Assembly (NCBI GenBank): GCA_020429585.1
Contig: JAGQLE010000001.1
Location: 1 to 49,436 of the forward strand
Length of the DNA stretch: 49,436 nt
Direction: 5' to 3'
Origin: Candidatus Berkelbacteria bacterium
GTDB lineage: Bacteria; Patescibacteriota; UBA1384; JACPKC01
Under the pieces are notes generated by a model, which saw only the letters and a list, made by a program, of their open reading frames with translations, was not told the DNA's origin and did not search any database. Numbering within the stretch: position 1 is the first letter of the stretch; each line of letters starts with the position of its first letter. Both the position numbers and the translations under genes were made by a program. Below are positions 28,354 to 37,401 of this stretch, in pieces.

Positions 28354-28635
28354 GTGACTAAAGCTTATCTCGAAAAAATTATTCAATTTATGACCGCTGC
28401 TTTTGGTTTGGCGGCGGGTCTGGCTTGGAACGAAGCCATTCAAGCGCTGATTGAGCGGTTTGTTGGTCCGACCAGTGATGGTCTTGGCGGTAAGTTGCTG
28501 TATGCGGTCATCCTAACTTTTATTGCCGTTACGGTAACGATAGCAGTCTCTAAAACATACGAGCGGATTGCGAAAAAAGAAGAGCAGGCGGCAGAAAAAC
28601 GCCATCACGATCGTTTTCATGTCAAAAAGAAATAA
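28354..28635 (+). CDS. small membrane protein (DUF5654-like)
   Basis: 93 aa with a GTG start. AFGLAAGLAWNEAIQALIERF, a second TM helix, and a basic C-terminal tail. Confidence 0.55.
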   Translation: MTKAYLEKIIQFMTAAFGLAAGLAWNEAIQALIERFVGPTSDGLGGKLLYAVILTFIAVTVTIAVSKTYERIAKKEEQAAEKRHHDRFHVKKK

Positions 28636-28638
28636 GCT

Positions 28639-28803
28639 ATGACCCCGTTAAATAAAAAATCAGGCCAAATTATTTTTATCGCCTTGGTGATTCTCTTAAT
28701 TGCTAATCTAGTGATGGCAAAATATTTATACGCCGGCATTATCTTTGTCGTTGCCGGATTTTATTTTTACCATCTATTCGTTGGCAAAAATAATACTGGT
28801 TAG
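28639..28803 (+). CDS. possible 54-aa two-TM micro-protein
   Basis: ATG 3 nt after the preceding stop. MTPLNKKSGQIIFIALVILLIANLVMAKYLYAGIIFVVAGFYFYHLF. Below the ORF-track length cut-off. Confidence 0.35.
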   Translation: MTPLNKKSGQIIFIALVILLIANLVMAKYLYAGIIFVVAGFYFYHLFVGKNNTG

Positions 28804-28828
28804 TTCTCATTAATTTTTAATCGAAGCT

Positions 28829-28837
28829 TGCTATAAT
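28829..28837 (+). promoter_or_regulatory. extended -10 promoter element (TGcTATAAT) upstream of the HtrA-like gene
   Basis: TG at 28829-28830 and TATAAT at 28832-28837. Confidence 0.4.
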
Positions 28838-28854
28838 TTCCTTAGTATTTAGTT

Positions 28855-28950
28855 GTCATTCTGAATCCTTCGACTGGACTCGGGACAGGCTCCGTGAAGA
28901 ATCTCTGCCGGATCGGTCTAAGATCCTTCGTCGTGACTCCTCAGGATGAC
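28855..28950. repeat. MITE/REP-like palindromic element (GTCATTCTGA...TCAGGATGAC)
   Basis: 10-bp terminal stem. Internal GATCCTTCG motifs are shared with 45195-45288. Lies between the candidate promoter and the SD of the protease gene. Confidence 0.7.
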
Positions 28951-28964
28951 AAGGAATAATAAAT

Positions 28965-30158
28965 ATGCCAGAGATAACCTACGTCGACGAACCAGAGGCT
29001 CCTACCGGATCAAAATCTACGAAAATGCAAACTAAAAAAGGCTTATTGGTTTTTGTTGCTTTAGTGAGTTTGATTATGGGCAGCTTGGGTGGCGCTGCTT
29101 CGGTAGTTGCATTGTTTAGTTACGGCTTTACTGACGGTCTTAACTTAAAAAACGGCGAACCGATTATTGAACGACTTGGCACCGATAAATTAATACTTGA
29201 GGAAAGTTCGGCGATTACAGATACGGTTAATAAAGTGTCGCCGGCGGTAGTTTCGATCTCAACAACTACGAATGTTCAAGATTTCTTTGGCCGTGTTTTT
29301 CAACAGAACGGTGGCGGTACTGGTTTTATTTTGACATCGGACGGGTTAATTGTAACTAACCGTCATGTGGTTGATGATGAAAATGCTACCTATACAGTTT
29401 TTACTGATGATGGTCGTGACTTCCAAGCCGAGGTTTTAGCCAAAGATACTTTAAATGATTTGGCGGTTCTTAAAATCGAAGCAACTGGTTTGCCCGTAGT
29501 TGAACTCGGTAGCTCCGACGATCTTAAGATTGGTCAGTGGGTGGTAGCAATCGGCAATGCCCTGGGAGAGTTCTCGAATAGCGTTACCGCCGGTATCATC
29601 TCTGCCAAGGAGCGGCAAATTACAGCTGGCGGCGGCGGGGTATCGGAAGAGTTGAGCGGTTTACTTCAAACCGATGCGGCTATTAATCCAGGTAATTCCG
29701 GCGGTCCGCTGGTTAATTTGCGCGGCCAAGTCGTTGGTATTAACACAGCGGTGGCCGGTAATGCCGAGAATATCGGCTTCGCGATTCCAATTAATCTGGT
29801 TAAAAAGGCCATTGATTCGGTTAAAACTACCGGCGAGATTAAACGGCCGATGATCGGCATCCGCTATATTCCGATTACTAAAGAAGTGGCTCAGGTTAAT
29901 CAGCTATCGGTTGATCACGGAGTTTGGTTGCTGCCTGGTACTACCCAGGGCGAAGTTGCAGTTATCCCTGGTTCACCGGCCGACAAGGCAGGGCTCGAAG
30001 AAAATGATATTATTACGGCAATTGATGGCAAGGAAATTAACGAACACAATACTTTGCTATCGATTTTGGCCAACTATGATATTGGCCAGACGATCTCTTT
30101 AACTGTCCAGCACAAGGGCGAGGAGAAAGAGGTAGATTTAACATTGGAAGAAAAATAG
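28965..30158 (+). CDS. htrA: HtrA/DegP family serine protease with PDZ domain
   Basis: TM anchor; GTGFILTSDGLIVTNRHVV (His), NDLAVLKI (Asp), TDAAINPGNSGGPLVN (Ser); PDZ segment PADKAGLEENDIITAIDG. Confidence 0.92.
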   Translation: MPEITYVDEPEAPTGSKSTKMQTKKGLLVFVALVSLIMGSLGGAASVVALFSYGFTDGLNLKNGEPIIERLGTDKLILEESSAITDTVNKVSPAVVSISTTTNVQDFFGRVFQQNGGGTGFILTSDGLIVTNRHVVDDENATYTVFTDDGRDFQAEVLAKDTLNDLAVLKIEATGLPVVELGSSDDLKIGQWVVAIGNALGEFSNSVTAGIISAKERQITAGGGGVSEELSGLLQTDAAINPGNSGGPLVNLRGQVVGINTAVAGNAENIGFAIPINLVKKAIDSVKTTGEIKRPMIGIRYIPITKEVAQVNQLSVDHGVWLLPGTTQGEVAVIPGSPADKAGLEENDIITAIDGKEINEHNTLLSILANYDIGQTISLTVQHKGEEKEVDLTLEEK

Positions 30159-30171
30159 GAGGAAGAGACGG

Positions 30172-30384
30172 TTGTTTGAGGTACCAGAAGATTTGTGGCG
30201 AGTTTATGTTAATTTTCTCTATCAACACTGCACAGGGTATTCATGCAATGGAAAGGATACGGTAGCGCATTTAAACAGTTGTGGCAGGTGTAACGAAGAA
30301 TTTAGCTCATGGTTAAAAAGTGGCTGTCCGAGTATAGTTTTTCCCAGGGAAATGTCGTGCCTTGCGCGCTTTTCCGCTTCATAG
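30172..30384 (+). CDS. possible Cys-rich mini-protein with an H-x3-C-x2-C motif
   Basis: TTG start 9 nt after AGGAGG. 70 aa. HCTGYSC...HLNSCGRC. Followed directly by the terminator at 30384. Confidence 0.4.
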   Translation: MFEVPEDLWRVYVNFLYQHCTGYSCNGKDTVAHLNSCGRCNEEFSSWLKSGCPSIVFPREMSCLARFSAS

Positions 30385-30405
30385 GACCCAAGTGGGTCCT
30401 TTTTT
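30384..30405. terminator. bidirectional intrinsic terminator
   Basis: GGACCC-AAGT-GGGTCC followed by TTTTTT. It overlaps the prfA stop codon on the opposite strand. Confidence 0.65.
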
Positions 30406-31333
30406 ATTGGGATAGTTGCTTGTAAAGCTCTTCTATTTTTAGTTCTCGATCTGCTTCTTTAAGGGATCTGATAAGAGGCTCAAAAGAGCCGTTAAGAACA
30501 TTTTCGATTTTGGAAAAATTCTTTTTGATCCGGTGGTCAGTAATTCGATCCTGGGGGAAGTTGTAAGTGCGGATTTTTTCGGAGCGGTCGCCGGTTCCTA
30601 CTTGAGCTTTGCGGCTTTCGCCCCGTTCTTTGCGGGCTTTCTCCTCCTCGTGCTCCTGAATTTTACTGCCAATGATCTTTAAAGCCTTTTCTTTGTTTTT
30701 TAGTTGAGAACGTTCGTCCTGGACGGCTACGACTGTACCGGTCGGTTTATGAGTGATTCTAACGGCAGTTTCGACCTTATTAACGTTTTGACCACCAGCA
30801 CCACCTGCCCGGTAAGTCTGGATCTCTAAATCCTCGGGTCTGATTTCGACGTTGATTTTGGCAGCAAGAGGCAGAACAGCGACAGTAGCGGTACTAGTAT
30901 GGACTCGGCCTTTTTTTTCGGTGGCGGGAATCCGTTGGACACGATGAACTCCCGATTCAAATTGTAGGTCAGCAAAGCAGCCCTCGCCTTTGATCTCGGC
31001 GCTTAGCGAGCGAATTCCTCCAAGAGGAGTAAGGTTCTGGTAGATAATAGAAACTCTCCAGCCTTGGGTTTCGCTGTAGCGTTGGTACATTCGAAAGAGT
31101 TCCATGGCAAAAAGTTCGGCTTCGTCACCGCCGGCGCCGGCTCTGATCTCGATCACTAAATCATTGGCCAACTGCTCTTGCTCCGCATCTAACACATCGG
31201 CTTCGAGTTTTTTGACCTCTTCTTCGGCCAGCTCCTTCATCTCCGGATCGGTTGTTGAGCCGGCTAGTTCTTTGGCTTCTTTGAGTTGTTGGAGTTTTTC
31301 TTTGTTCATAACACCGAATTTTAGCACCTTCAA
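30404..31333 (-). CDS. prfA: peptide chain release factor 1, N-terminally short
   Basis: [14 protein letters not shown] (PxT motif of RF1) and [18 protein letters not shown] (GGQ). The likely start is ATG 31309 (MNKEK...), giving about 301 aa. Confidence 0.9.
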   Translation of the reverse strand: MKVLKFGVMNKEKLQQLKEAKELAGSTTDPEMKELAEEEVKKLEADVLDAEQEQLANDLVIEIRAGAGGDEAELFAMELFRMYQRYSETQGWRVSIIYQNLTPLGGIRSLSAEIKGEGCFADLQFESGVHRVQRIPATEKKGRVHTSTATVAVLPLAAKINVEIRPEDLEIQTYRAGGAGGQNVNKVETAVRITHKPTGTVVAVQDERSQLKNKEKALKIIGSKIQEHEEEKARKERGESRKAQVGTGDRSEKIRTYNFPQDRITDHRIKKNFSKIENVLNGSFEPLIRSLKEADRELKIEELYKQLSQ

Positions 31334-31419
31334 TATGGTTTGTCACTTGATTTAAAGCAAAAAATCCTATATAAAACACTGTTTGCAAAAACAATCTAAA
31401 AAGAGGGGAACCTTTAAAA

Positions 31420-31968
31420 ATGACATACAACTATCGCTTCTTCGATGTTGATGATCGGAGGATGGAGTTTATCCTGCCGCGCAATCAAAACGATCGTCTT
31501 AAAAACACCTGCTTTAGAGGTAGGCGATGCCAGCAGGCCGGTAACTTTTTTCGTTGGGGTAATTATGTCGAGTTTATTCGCGATTCGGAGACACGCTCGT
31601 TGCTTTCTGGGAAGCTTAACAAATTGCCGAAACACCCTAACGTCAATCAGGTTTATGAGTTAGAGCTGGAGTACAGCGAAGATGTAGGTTGGGATAGTGT
31701 GGTCGAGTTAACCGACCTCACTTCTCAGGAGTTGAAGCACTGCGAAATGCGTGAGCTTAACAACTCTGCTCAGGCACTTTTTGCGGCTGAGGATTTTATT
31801 GCCTCAAAAACAAACATCGTCACAATAAAACACGGCATCAGGCATTGCAGGCGCTGGCAGGTGATTGTTTACACAATCTATCCGGGTCCAATTGTTCCGC
31901 AACTGATAGGGAATATGACCAAGAAGCACGCCTTAGTTTTTGTTCCTTGGCAGTGTCTGGGGGAGTGA
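31420..31968 (+). CDS. hypothetical protein
   Basis: 182-aa ORF followed by a strong terminator. No domain recognised. Confidence 0.5.
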   Translation: MTYNYRFFDVDDRRMEFILPRNQNDRLKNTCFRGRRCQQAGNFFRWGNYVEFIRDSETRSLLSGKLNKLPKHPNVNQVYELELEYSEDVGWDSVVELTDLTSQELKHCEMRELNNSAQALFAAEDFIASKTNIVTIKHGIRHCRRWQVIVYTIYPGPIVPQLIGNMTKKHALVFVPWQCLGE

Positions 31969-31985
31969 AGCAAAATATTATTAGT

Positions 31986-32010
31986 TCCGGGCTAATAGCC
32001 CGGATTTTTT
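31986..32010 (+). terminator. intrinsic terminator
   Basis: TCCGGGC-TAATA-GCCCGGA followed by TTTTTT. Confidence 0.75.
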
Positions 32011-32047
32011 ATTTGAGCGAACAATGGAGTTGTGTTAGCTTCGAGCT

Positions 32048-32692
32048 ATGGGAAGCATGTTTAAATATCAGACTAAGTTTCCAGGGGAGCCGATGCCGCA
32101 GCCGGGTGAGCTTGACCCGACGCCTAGATATTGGCAGCAGGAAGCGCAGGCGTTGCGCGAGGCAGTGGAAACAGAGGTTATAGCTGTTCGAGAAAAGCTT
32201 GGTTTGGAAGTCGAAGGACAAGGCGCAGAAAAGGCTCAGTTATTGTTGCCTTCGTTTGCCGCTTATTTTGATTTTATTTTGGGCTGGTTGGAAAAGAAGG
32301 GTCAAGGTATCGAGAGCGAACCGATCGACTCATTGCGTAACTCTCAGCTAGAAATGCTCTTGGACGATGTGCTCAATGAATTGGTCGCGATCAGAAGCAA
32401 TTTACACTCGACAACGGTTAATACGACGAAAGAGTTCGACCATTCAACCCAGTTGCCCGATTTGATTAATCAAAAAACTGCCGAAGTAGCTGCCAAGTTG
32501 GTCGATATCGGGGTAGCTGAAGACGATTTAGGACAGTTTAGGGTTTTTCTAGAAGAACAAGTCGAAAATCTGCCAGTTAAAAGCGAAGCCTTGAATAACC
32601 AGAGTGAATCAGGTAAAATCTCTTCGAGTTTAACACCCGAGGAAAGTTCGGGTAGTGATTTGTTAATTCCATTGGAAGAATATGAAAGCTAA
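32048..32692 (+). CDS. hypothetical acidic protein
   Basis: 214-aa helical, acidic ORF whose end overlaps the rpmE start by 11 nt. Confidence 0.5.
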   Translation: MGSMFKYQTKFPGEPMPQPGELDPTPRYWQQEAQALREAVETEVIAVREKLGLEVEGQGAEKAQLLLPSFAAYFDFILGWLEKKGQGIESEPIDSLRNSQLEMLLDDVLNELVAIRSNLHSTTVNTTKEFDHSTQLPDLINQKTAEVAAKLVDIGVAEDDLGQFRVFLEEQVENLPVKSEALNNQSESGKISSSLTPEESSGSDLLIPLEEYES

Positions 32693-32993
32693 AATCCATC
32701 CAAAATATCATCTTAAAGCCAAAGTTAGTTGTAACTGTGGCGAAAGTTTTGAGGTTGGTTCAACTCTCGAAGAGATTAAAGTCGAGGTTTGTTCGGCTTG
32801 CCATCCTTTTTATACCGGTAAAACTAACCTGATCGACTCTGCCGGCCGCGTCGACAAGTTCGAAGCTCGACGTAAGGCTGCCGAAGAACGTGCCGCCGCC
32901 AAAACCAAAAAGGCCGAAGTTAAACCTAAGGCTGACTCCAAAACTAAGGAAAATAAAGAAGCTCTTAAGCAGATGAAGAAAGAGATCAAATAA
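32682..32993 (+). CDS. rpmE: 50S ribosomal protein L31 with a Lys-rich C-terminal extension
   Basis: MKAKIHPKY...CNCGESF...[11 protein letters not shown]...GRVDKF. Confidence 0.92.
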   Translation: MKAKIHPKYHLKAKVSCNCGESFEVGSTLEEIKVEVCSACHPFYTGKTNLIDSAGRVDKFEARRKAAEERAAAKTKKAEVKPKADSKTKENKEALKQMKKEIK

Positions 32994-33775
32994 TGGCAAC
33001 CAAACTCCCAACTCTTAAAGATCTAATCGATGCCGGTGCTCATTTTGGCCACCGCCGCAGCCGAACTTATCCTAAGGCTAAAAAGTTTACTTATACGCTG
33101 CGCGATTCCGTGTATGTGATTAACGTTGAGCAAACTTTAGAATACCTGGAGAAGGCCGCTAAGGTTGCAGAAGAGTTTGCCAAAGAAAATAAAACCATCC
33201 TTTTAGTTGGGACTAAGGCGCAAGCAACTGATTTAGTTAAAGAAGTTGCGCAAAAAGCCGGCATTCCGTTTATTAACCACCGCTGGCTAGGTGGAACTTT
33301 GAGTAATTTCGCTACTATTCACTCTAACCTCAGTAAGCTTAAGACTCTGACCGAGTTGTCTGAATCGGAACGCTTTGCCGAATTTACTAAAAAGGAACGA
33401 GGCCGAATTACTAAGCAGATTGCCAAATTAACCAAGGTATTTGATGGTATTCGCGATCTTGACCGAATTCCGGATCTAATGATTGTTGTCGATATTAATG
33501 AGGAAGATATCGCTGTTACCGAGGCGCGGGGCGCCGGCGTGCCGGTTATCGGAATTGTCGACACTAACTCCAATCCGGATTTGGTAAATTATCCGATTCC
33601 AGCTAACGACGATTCTAAAAAAACTATCAGTCTAATTCTTAATGTTTTGACTGATGCAATTGCCGAAGGCAAAAAAGCGGCACCGGCTGTTACGAAGGCC
33701 GAAGCAGATCCGAAAGCAACTAAGGCCGAAAAAGTCGCCGCTGCAACCAAAAAAGAGGAAAAAGATGGAAATTAA
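32993..33775 (+). CDS. rpsB: 30S ribosomal protein S2
   Basis: LIDAGAHFGHRRSRTYPKAKKF...; IVDTNSNPD. Confidence 0.95.
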   Translation: MATKLPTLKDLIDAGAHFGHRRSRTYPKAKKFTYTLRDSVYVINVEQTLEYLEKAAKVAEEFAKENKTILLVGTKAQATDLVKEVAQKAGIPFINHRWLGGTLSNFATIHSNLSKLKTLTELSESERFAEFTKKERGRITKQIAKLTKVFDGIRDLDRIPDLMIVVDINEEDIAVTEARGAGVPVIGIVDTNSNPDLVNYPIPANDDSKKTISLILNVLTDAIAEGKKAAPAVTKAEADPKATKAEKVAAATKKEEKDGN

Positions 33776-34379
33776 AGCTACTGATATCGCTAAGTTGCGC
33801 AAATCAACCGGCGTTGGCATGATGGATGCCAAAAAAGCTTTAGTTGAGTCGGGTGGTGATTTTGACAAAGCCATTGACGCTCTTCGTAAAGCCGGAGCGG
33901 CTAAAGCTGCTAAAAAAGCTGATCGAGAGGCAGTCGAAGGTTATATTGCGACCTATATCCATGGCGAAGGCCGAATTGGAGTAATGGTTGAGGTTAACTG
34001 CGAAACCGATTTTGTGGCTAAAAACGATGACTTTAAAGCGTTGGCTCACGAGATTGCTCTCCATATTGCCGCCATGAATCCGCTCTATATCACAGAGGAG
34101 GATATTCCAGCCGAAGTCCTCGAAAAGGAAAAAGAGTTAGTTGTTGAGCAGCTAAAATCCGAGGGTAAGCCAGCTGATCGACTCGAGCAGATTGTTGAAG
34201 GTAAGCTTGCTAAGTATATGGAAGAGGTTGTTCTGCTAAATCAGCCTTTTGTTAAGGACGACAAAAAGAGCGTTGGTCAGCTAATTCAGGATGGGATTCA
34301 AAAGATCGGTGAAAATATTCAGGTTACCCGCTTCGCCCGCTTTACCATTGAAGGCAATCCCAACGCCTGCCGAATCTAA
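33765..34379 (+). CDS. tsf: elongation factor Ts (short form)
   Basis: MEIKATDIAKLRKSTGVGMMDAKKAL...; EVNCETDFVAKN. The ATG at 33765 overlaps the rpsB end by 11 nt. The ORF-track extension from 33654 is rejected. Confidence 0.92.
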   Translation: MEIKATDIAKLRKSTGVGMMDAKKALVESGGDFDKAIDALRKAGAAKAAKKADREAVEGYIATYIHGEGRIGVMVEVNCETDFVAKNDDFKALAHEIALHIAAMNPLYITEEDIPAEVLEKEKELVVEQLKSEGKPADRLEQIVEGKLAKYMEEVVLLNQPFVKDDKKSVGQLIQDGIQKIGENIQVTRFARFTIEGNPNACRI

Positions 34380-34394
34380 ACTCACGATTTTAAA

Positions 34395-34423
34395 AGCCGG
34401 TCCTCGGGACCGGCTTTTTTTTT
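34395..34423. terminator. bidirectional intrinsic terminator
   Basis: AGCCGGTCC-TCG-GGACCGGCT followed by T8. An A-run precedes it for the opposite strand. Confidence 0.8.
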
Positions 34424-34961
34424 ATTTAAGGGAATTAAGGGAGTGAAGCAGTCGATGTAATTGTTCGCCATGTTTTGCCCAAAGGCCAATTGGGCTCTGA
34501 CGACTGTCCCAGTTGGGTAAAGTGCCAATTTCGGTTTCGAATTTTGCCGAAAGATGGCATCTTTGATACTCGCAACTATGTAGTTCGCAGTTAGGGGTTA
34601 AAATAACCACTCGTCCGGTCGCCTCAATAAGAGCGTTGCCCTTGGGTTTACCCTCCACAATAATGCCCCAAATTGAACGGGGGTAGGCGTAGTCGTGGGA
34701 CTCTCCCCATCGGACGCTGTTTTTTCTGGCGTCATTGATCCAGTACCAAGTGCACACGTCAATCTTTTGCCAGGGTATTTCTTGCAAGGAATTGGCAACT
34801 TTATGCTTGACCAGTGCGTCTGCCAATACTAGTTCCGGATTGAGGTCATAAGGATTCTCGGGGATTGAGCTGATATTTTGATAGAAATGGCTCATTGCCT
34901 CTTCTTCAGCGCATATTATCTCTTCCATATTATTCAGGTTCCTCTCTGAGACTAGTGACAA
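34422..34961 (-). CDS. hypothetical Trp/Cys/His-rich protein
   Basis: 179-aa ORF on the opposite strand, inserted between tsf and pyrH. No domain recognised. Confidence 0.5.
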   Translation of the reverse strand: MSLVSERNLNNMEEIICAEEEAMSHFYQNISSIPENPYDLNPELVLADALVKHKVANSLQEIPWQKIDVCTWYWINDARKNSVRWGESHDYAYPRSIWGIIVEGKPKGNALIEATGRVVILTPNCELHSCEYQRCHLSAKFETEIGTLPNWDSRQSPIGLWAKHGEQLHRLLHSLNSLK

Positions 34962-34994
34962 TGTAGCTTTTCCGATTCCTCTTGGTCAAGTAAG

Positions 34995-35708
34995 ATGAGC
35001 TCAATGAAATTCAAGCGAGTTCTCCTTAAATTGTCCGGCGAGATATTGCGTGGTCAGTCTCCAAACAGCCACGATGAGCAAGTTTTGGAACGATTGGCCC
35101 AAGAAGTAAAGCGGGTTGCCGATTTGGGAATCGAGATTTTAATTGTCGTTGGCGGCGGAAACATTTTTCGCCACTCGACCCATGCTAACGAAAAGATGGA
35201 TCGGGTGACGGCCGACTATATGGGGATGATGGCAACGATTATCAATGGTTTGGCTCTTCAGGATATCTTTGAATCGCTCGGTTTAAAAACCCGGGTAATG
35301 TCAGCAATCGAAGCGCATAAAGTTGTCGAGCCTTTTATTAGGCGTCGGGCGATCCGCCATTCGGAAAAGGGCCGGGTGGTAATCTTAACCGCTGGTACTG
35401 GCAATCCCTACTTTACAACCGATTCGGCAGCAGTGCTGCGGGCGTCTGAACTTAAGTGTGACGTCGTCTTAAAAGGAACAAAAGTCGATGCAATTTATAG
35501 TGCCGATCCCAAAAAAGATCCCCAGGCCAAAAAGTACGATAAGCTTACGTACCAGCAGGTAATCGATCAAAAGCTGGAAGTGATGGATTTGACTGCTTTT
35601 ACCTTGGCGCAAGGTAATTCGATTCCGATCCTTGTTTTTGATATCCTTAAACCTGGAAATTTGGTCAAAGCCGCCTCAGGTGAACAAATTGGCACCTGGG
35701 TAAGTTAG
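34995..35708 (+). CDS. pyrH: UMP kinase
   Basis: KRVLLKLSGE..., VVGGGNIFR, TGNPYFTTDSAA. Confidence 0.95.
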   Translation: MSSMKFKRVLLKLSGEILRGQSPNSHDEQVLERLAQEVKRVADLGIEILIVVGGGNIFRHSTHANEKMDRVTADYMGMMATIINGLALQDIFESLGLKTRVMSAIEAHKVVEPFIRRRAIRHSEKGRVVILTAGTGNPYFTTDSAAVLRASELKCDVVLKGTKVDAIYSADPKKDPQAKKYDKLTYQQVIDQKLEVMDLTAFTLAQGNSIPILVFDILKPGNLVKAASGEQIGTWVS

Positions 35709-35714
35709 GAGAAT

Positions 35715-36272
35715 ATGAGTTACCAATCTGTAAGACAAGCCAAAGAACGGATGGGCGAAGTTATTACTAAGCTCTCGGAAGAATTCGGCAATATTCAGAC
35801 TGGCCGACCCAGTACAACCTTATTTGAAAAAATCGAGGTTTCGAGTTATGGCACGATGGTTGCCTTGCAGACTTTAGCTAGTATTTCGTTGCCAGAACCA
35901 AATCAGATTGCGATTACTCCCTGGAATAGCGACCAGCTCAATGCGATCGAAAATGCTGTTCGCGAATCCGACCTTAATGTGAGTCCGATTAACGATGGTA
36001 AAGCAGTGCGTATCAACTTTCCGCCGATGACTCAAGAACGACGCCAAGAACTGACTAAGCAACTCAATAAGATTGCCGAAGAGGCGCGAATCGCTCTGCG
36101 AGATATCCGTCACACTGCCCTCGAGCAGACCCGCAAGGAGGAAAAGTCCGGCGATGCAACTGAAGACGATGTTTTTCAGGTTACTAAGCAGCTCGATGAT
36201 CTAGTTGAGGACCATAATGCCAAGGTCGTTGAGTTAGTTAAGGTCAAAGAGCAAGAAATTCTAACAGTTTAG
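35715..36272 (+). CDS. frr: ribosome recycling factor
   Basis: 185 aa; LSEEFGNIQTGRPSTTLFEKIEV...; PPMTQERRQEL. Confidence 0.95.
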   Translation: MSYQSVRQAKERMGEVITKLSEEFGNIQTGRPSTTLFEKIEVSSYGTMVALQTLASISLPEPNQIAITPWNSDQLNAIENAVRESDLNVSPINDGKAVRINFPPMTQERRQELTKQLNKIAEEARIALRDIRHTALEQTRKEEKSGDATEDDVFQVTKQLDDLVEDHNAKVVELVKVKEQEILTV

Positions 36273-36274
36273 GG

Positions 36275-37345
36275 ATGGAAATCTTTATCTCAATAGTTTT
36301 ATTTGTCTTAATCTTTGGCTTGATCATATTCTTGCATGAATTGGGTCATTTTTTGGTGGCAAAATGGCAAGGTATGCGGGTCAAGGAGTTTGCCTTTGGT
36401 TTTCCGCCCCGATTGTTTTCGAGGCGATTAGGAGAAACTCGATTCAGTTTTAATTTAATTCCTCTTGGCGGTTACGTAAGTATCTTGGGCGAGGACGAGG
36501 ATTCGACTGCTCATGATAGCTTTTCACAAAAGTCCCCTTGGTCACGACTTAAGGTCGTGCTAGCTGGTGTCACTATGAATATCTTGTTAGCTTGGGTGCT
36601 ACTAACTGTCTGGTTCTGGATTGCACCTTTTGCACCCAAGGCCGATGCAGTGGCTATAACCGCCGTTAGCGATGGTTCGCCTGCCGAAGAGGTAGATTTA
36701 CGGGTAAATGATTTTATTGTTTCGGCAACCGATAGAAATGGGCGAGTAACCGAGTTTTTGACTGATGTTAGCTTGTCGGAATTTACAGCAGAGCACCGTG
36801 GCGAGATGATTGAATTTTTGATTACTAGGAACGGCGGCGAACTTAAAGTGCCAGTAACCTTATCGAGCGATGAATCGTCACCTTCTTTAGGAGTATCGAT
36901 CGCTGACCTCGGAGAACAAATTCCGGCAGTGCCATGGTGGCAGGCGCCTTGGTATGCTCTTTTAGAGATGGTCAGTGTAACGCTTTTGACCTTAAAGTTT
37001 TTAGGCGATCTGATTCTTGGTTTGCTTGGTTTAGTGGACCAGGCTCCGGGAGTCGAGTCTGTTTCTGGGCCAGTCGGCATTTTTGTTTTTTTGCGCCAAA
37101 CTTTAGCTCTTGGCGCACCGTTCGTGCTTCGCTATGCCGCTTTGATTTCCTTGGCAGTAGCGATTTTTAACTTATTACCAATTCCTGCCCTTGATGGCGG
37201 GCGGGCGATGTTTTTGGTTTACGAAGGAATATTTAAGAAACGGGCTTTGTCCCACCAGACCGAGGCTTGGATTCACGCCATTGGTTTCGCCCTCTTGATC
37301 CTCCTGATAATTATTATTACTTTCTTTGATATTCAAAAGTTATAA
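36275..37345 (+). CDS. rseP: RIP metalloprotease RseP (M50 site-2 protease) with PDZ
   Basis: LHELGHFLVAKWQGMRVKEFAFGFPP and NLLPIPALDGG. Confidence 0.92.
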   Translation: MEIFISIVLFVLIFGLIIFLHELGHFLVAKWQGMRVKEFAFGFPPRLFSRRLGETRFSFNLIPLGGYVSILGEDEDSTAHDSFSQKSPWSRLKVVLAGVTMNILLAWVLLTVWFWIAPFAPKADAVAITAVSDGSPAEEVDLRVNDFIVSATDRNGRVTEFLTDVSLSEFTAEHRGEMIEFLITRNGGELKVPVTLSSDESSPSLGVSIADLGEQIPAVPWWQAPWYALLEMVSVTLLTLKFLGDLILGLLGLVDQAPGVESVSGPVGIFVFLRQTLALGAPFVLRYAALISLAVAIFNLLPIPALDGGRAMFLVYEGIFKKRALSHQTEAWIHAIGFALLILLIIIITFFDIQKL

Positions 37346-37347
37346 TT

Positions 37348-37401
37348 AAATAGGCAATAGCTCTTGTCGTCATCTCGATCGAGCTTGCGAGTAGAGAGAT
37401 C
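37348..37401. repeat. short heptamer tract (AAATAGGCAATAG) followed by a single-arm MITE-like unit (GTCATCTCGATCGAGC...GAGAGATC)
   Basis: aaataggcaatag at 37348-37360 matches 44247-44259. gtcatctcgatcgagcttgcgagtagagagatc at 37369-37401 resembles the GTCATCCTGAG...GAAGGATC arm at 41804 and 45138. Confidence 0.5.

Noticed and set aside
36511-37080. Long antisense ORFs inside conserved genes (36511..37080 in rseP, 22054..22452 and 20749..21147 in ligA, 23146..23526 in the reductase-like gene, 16174..16521 in rplI, 43070..43372 in pgk)
   Set aside because: The opposite strand carries strongly supported conserved genes. The antisense products are low-complexity and Ser/Arg/Pro-rich, with no motifs.
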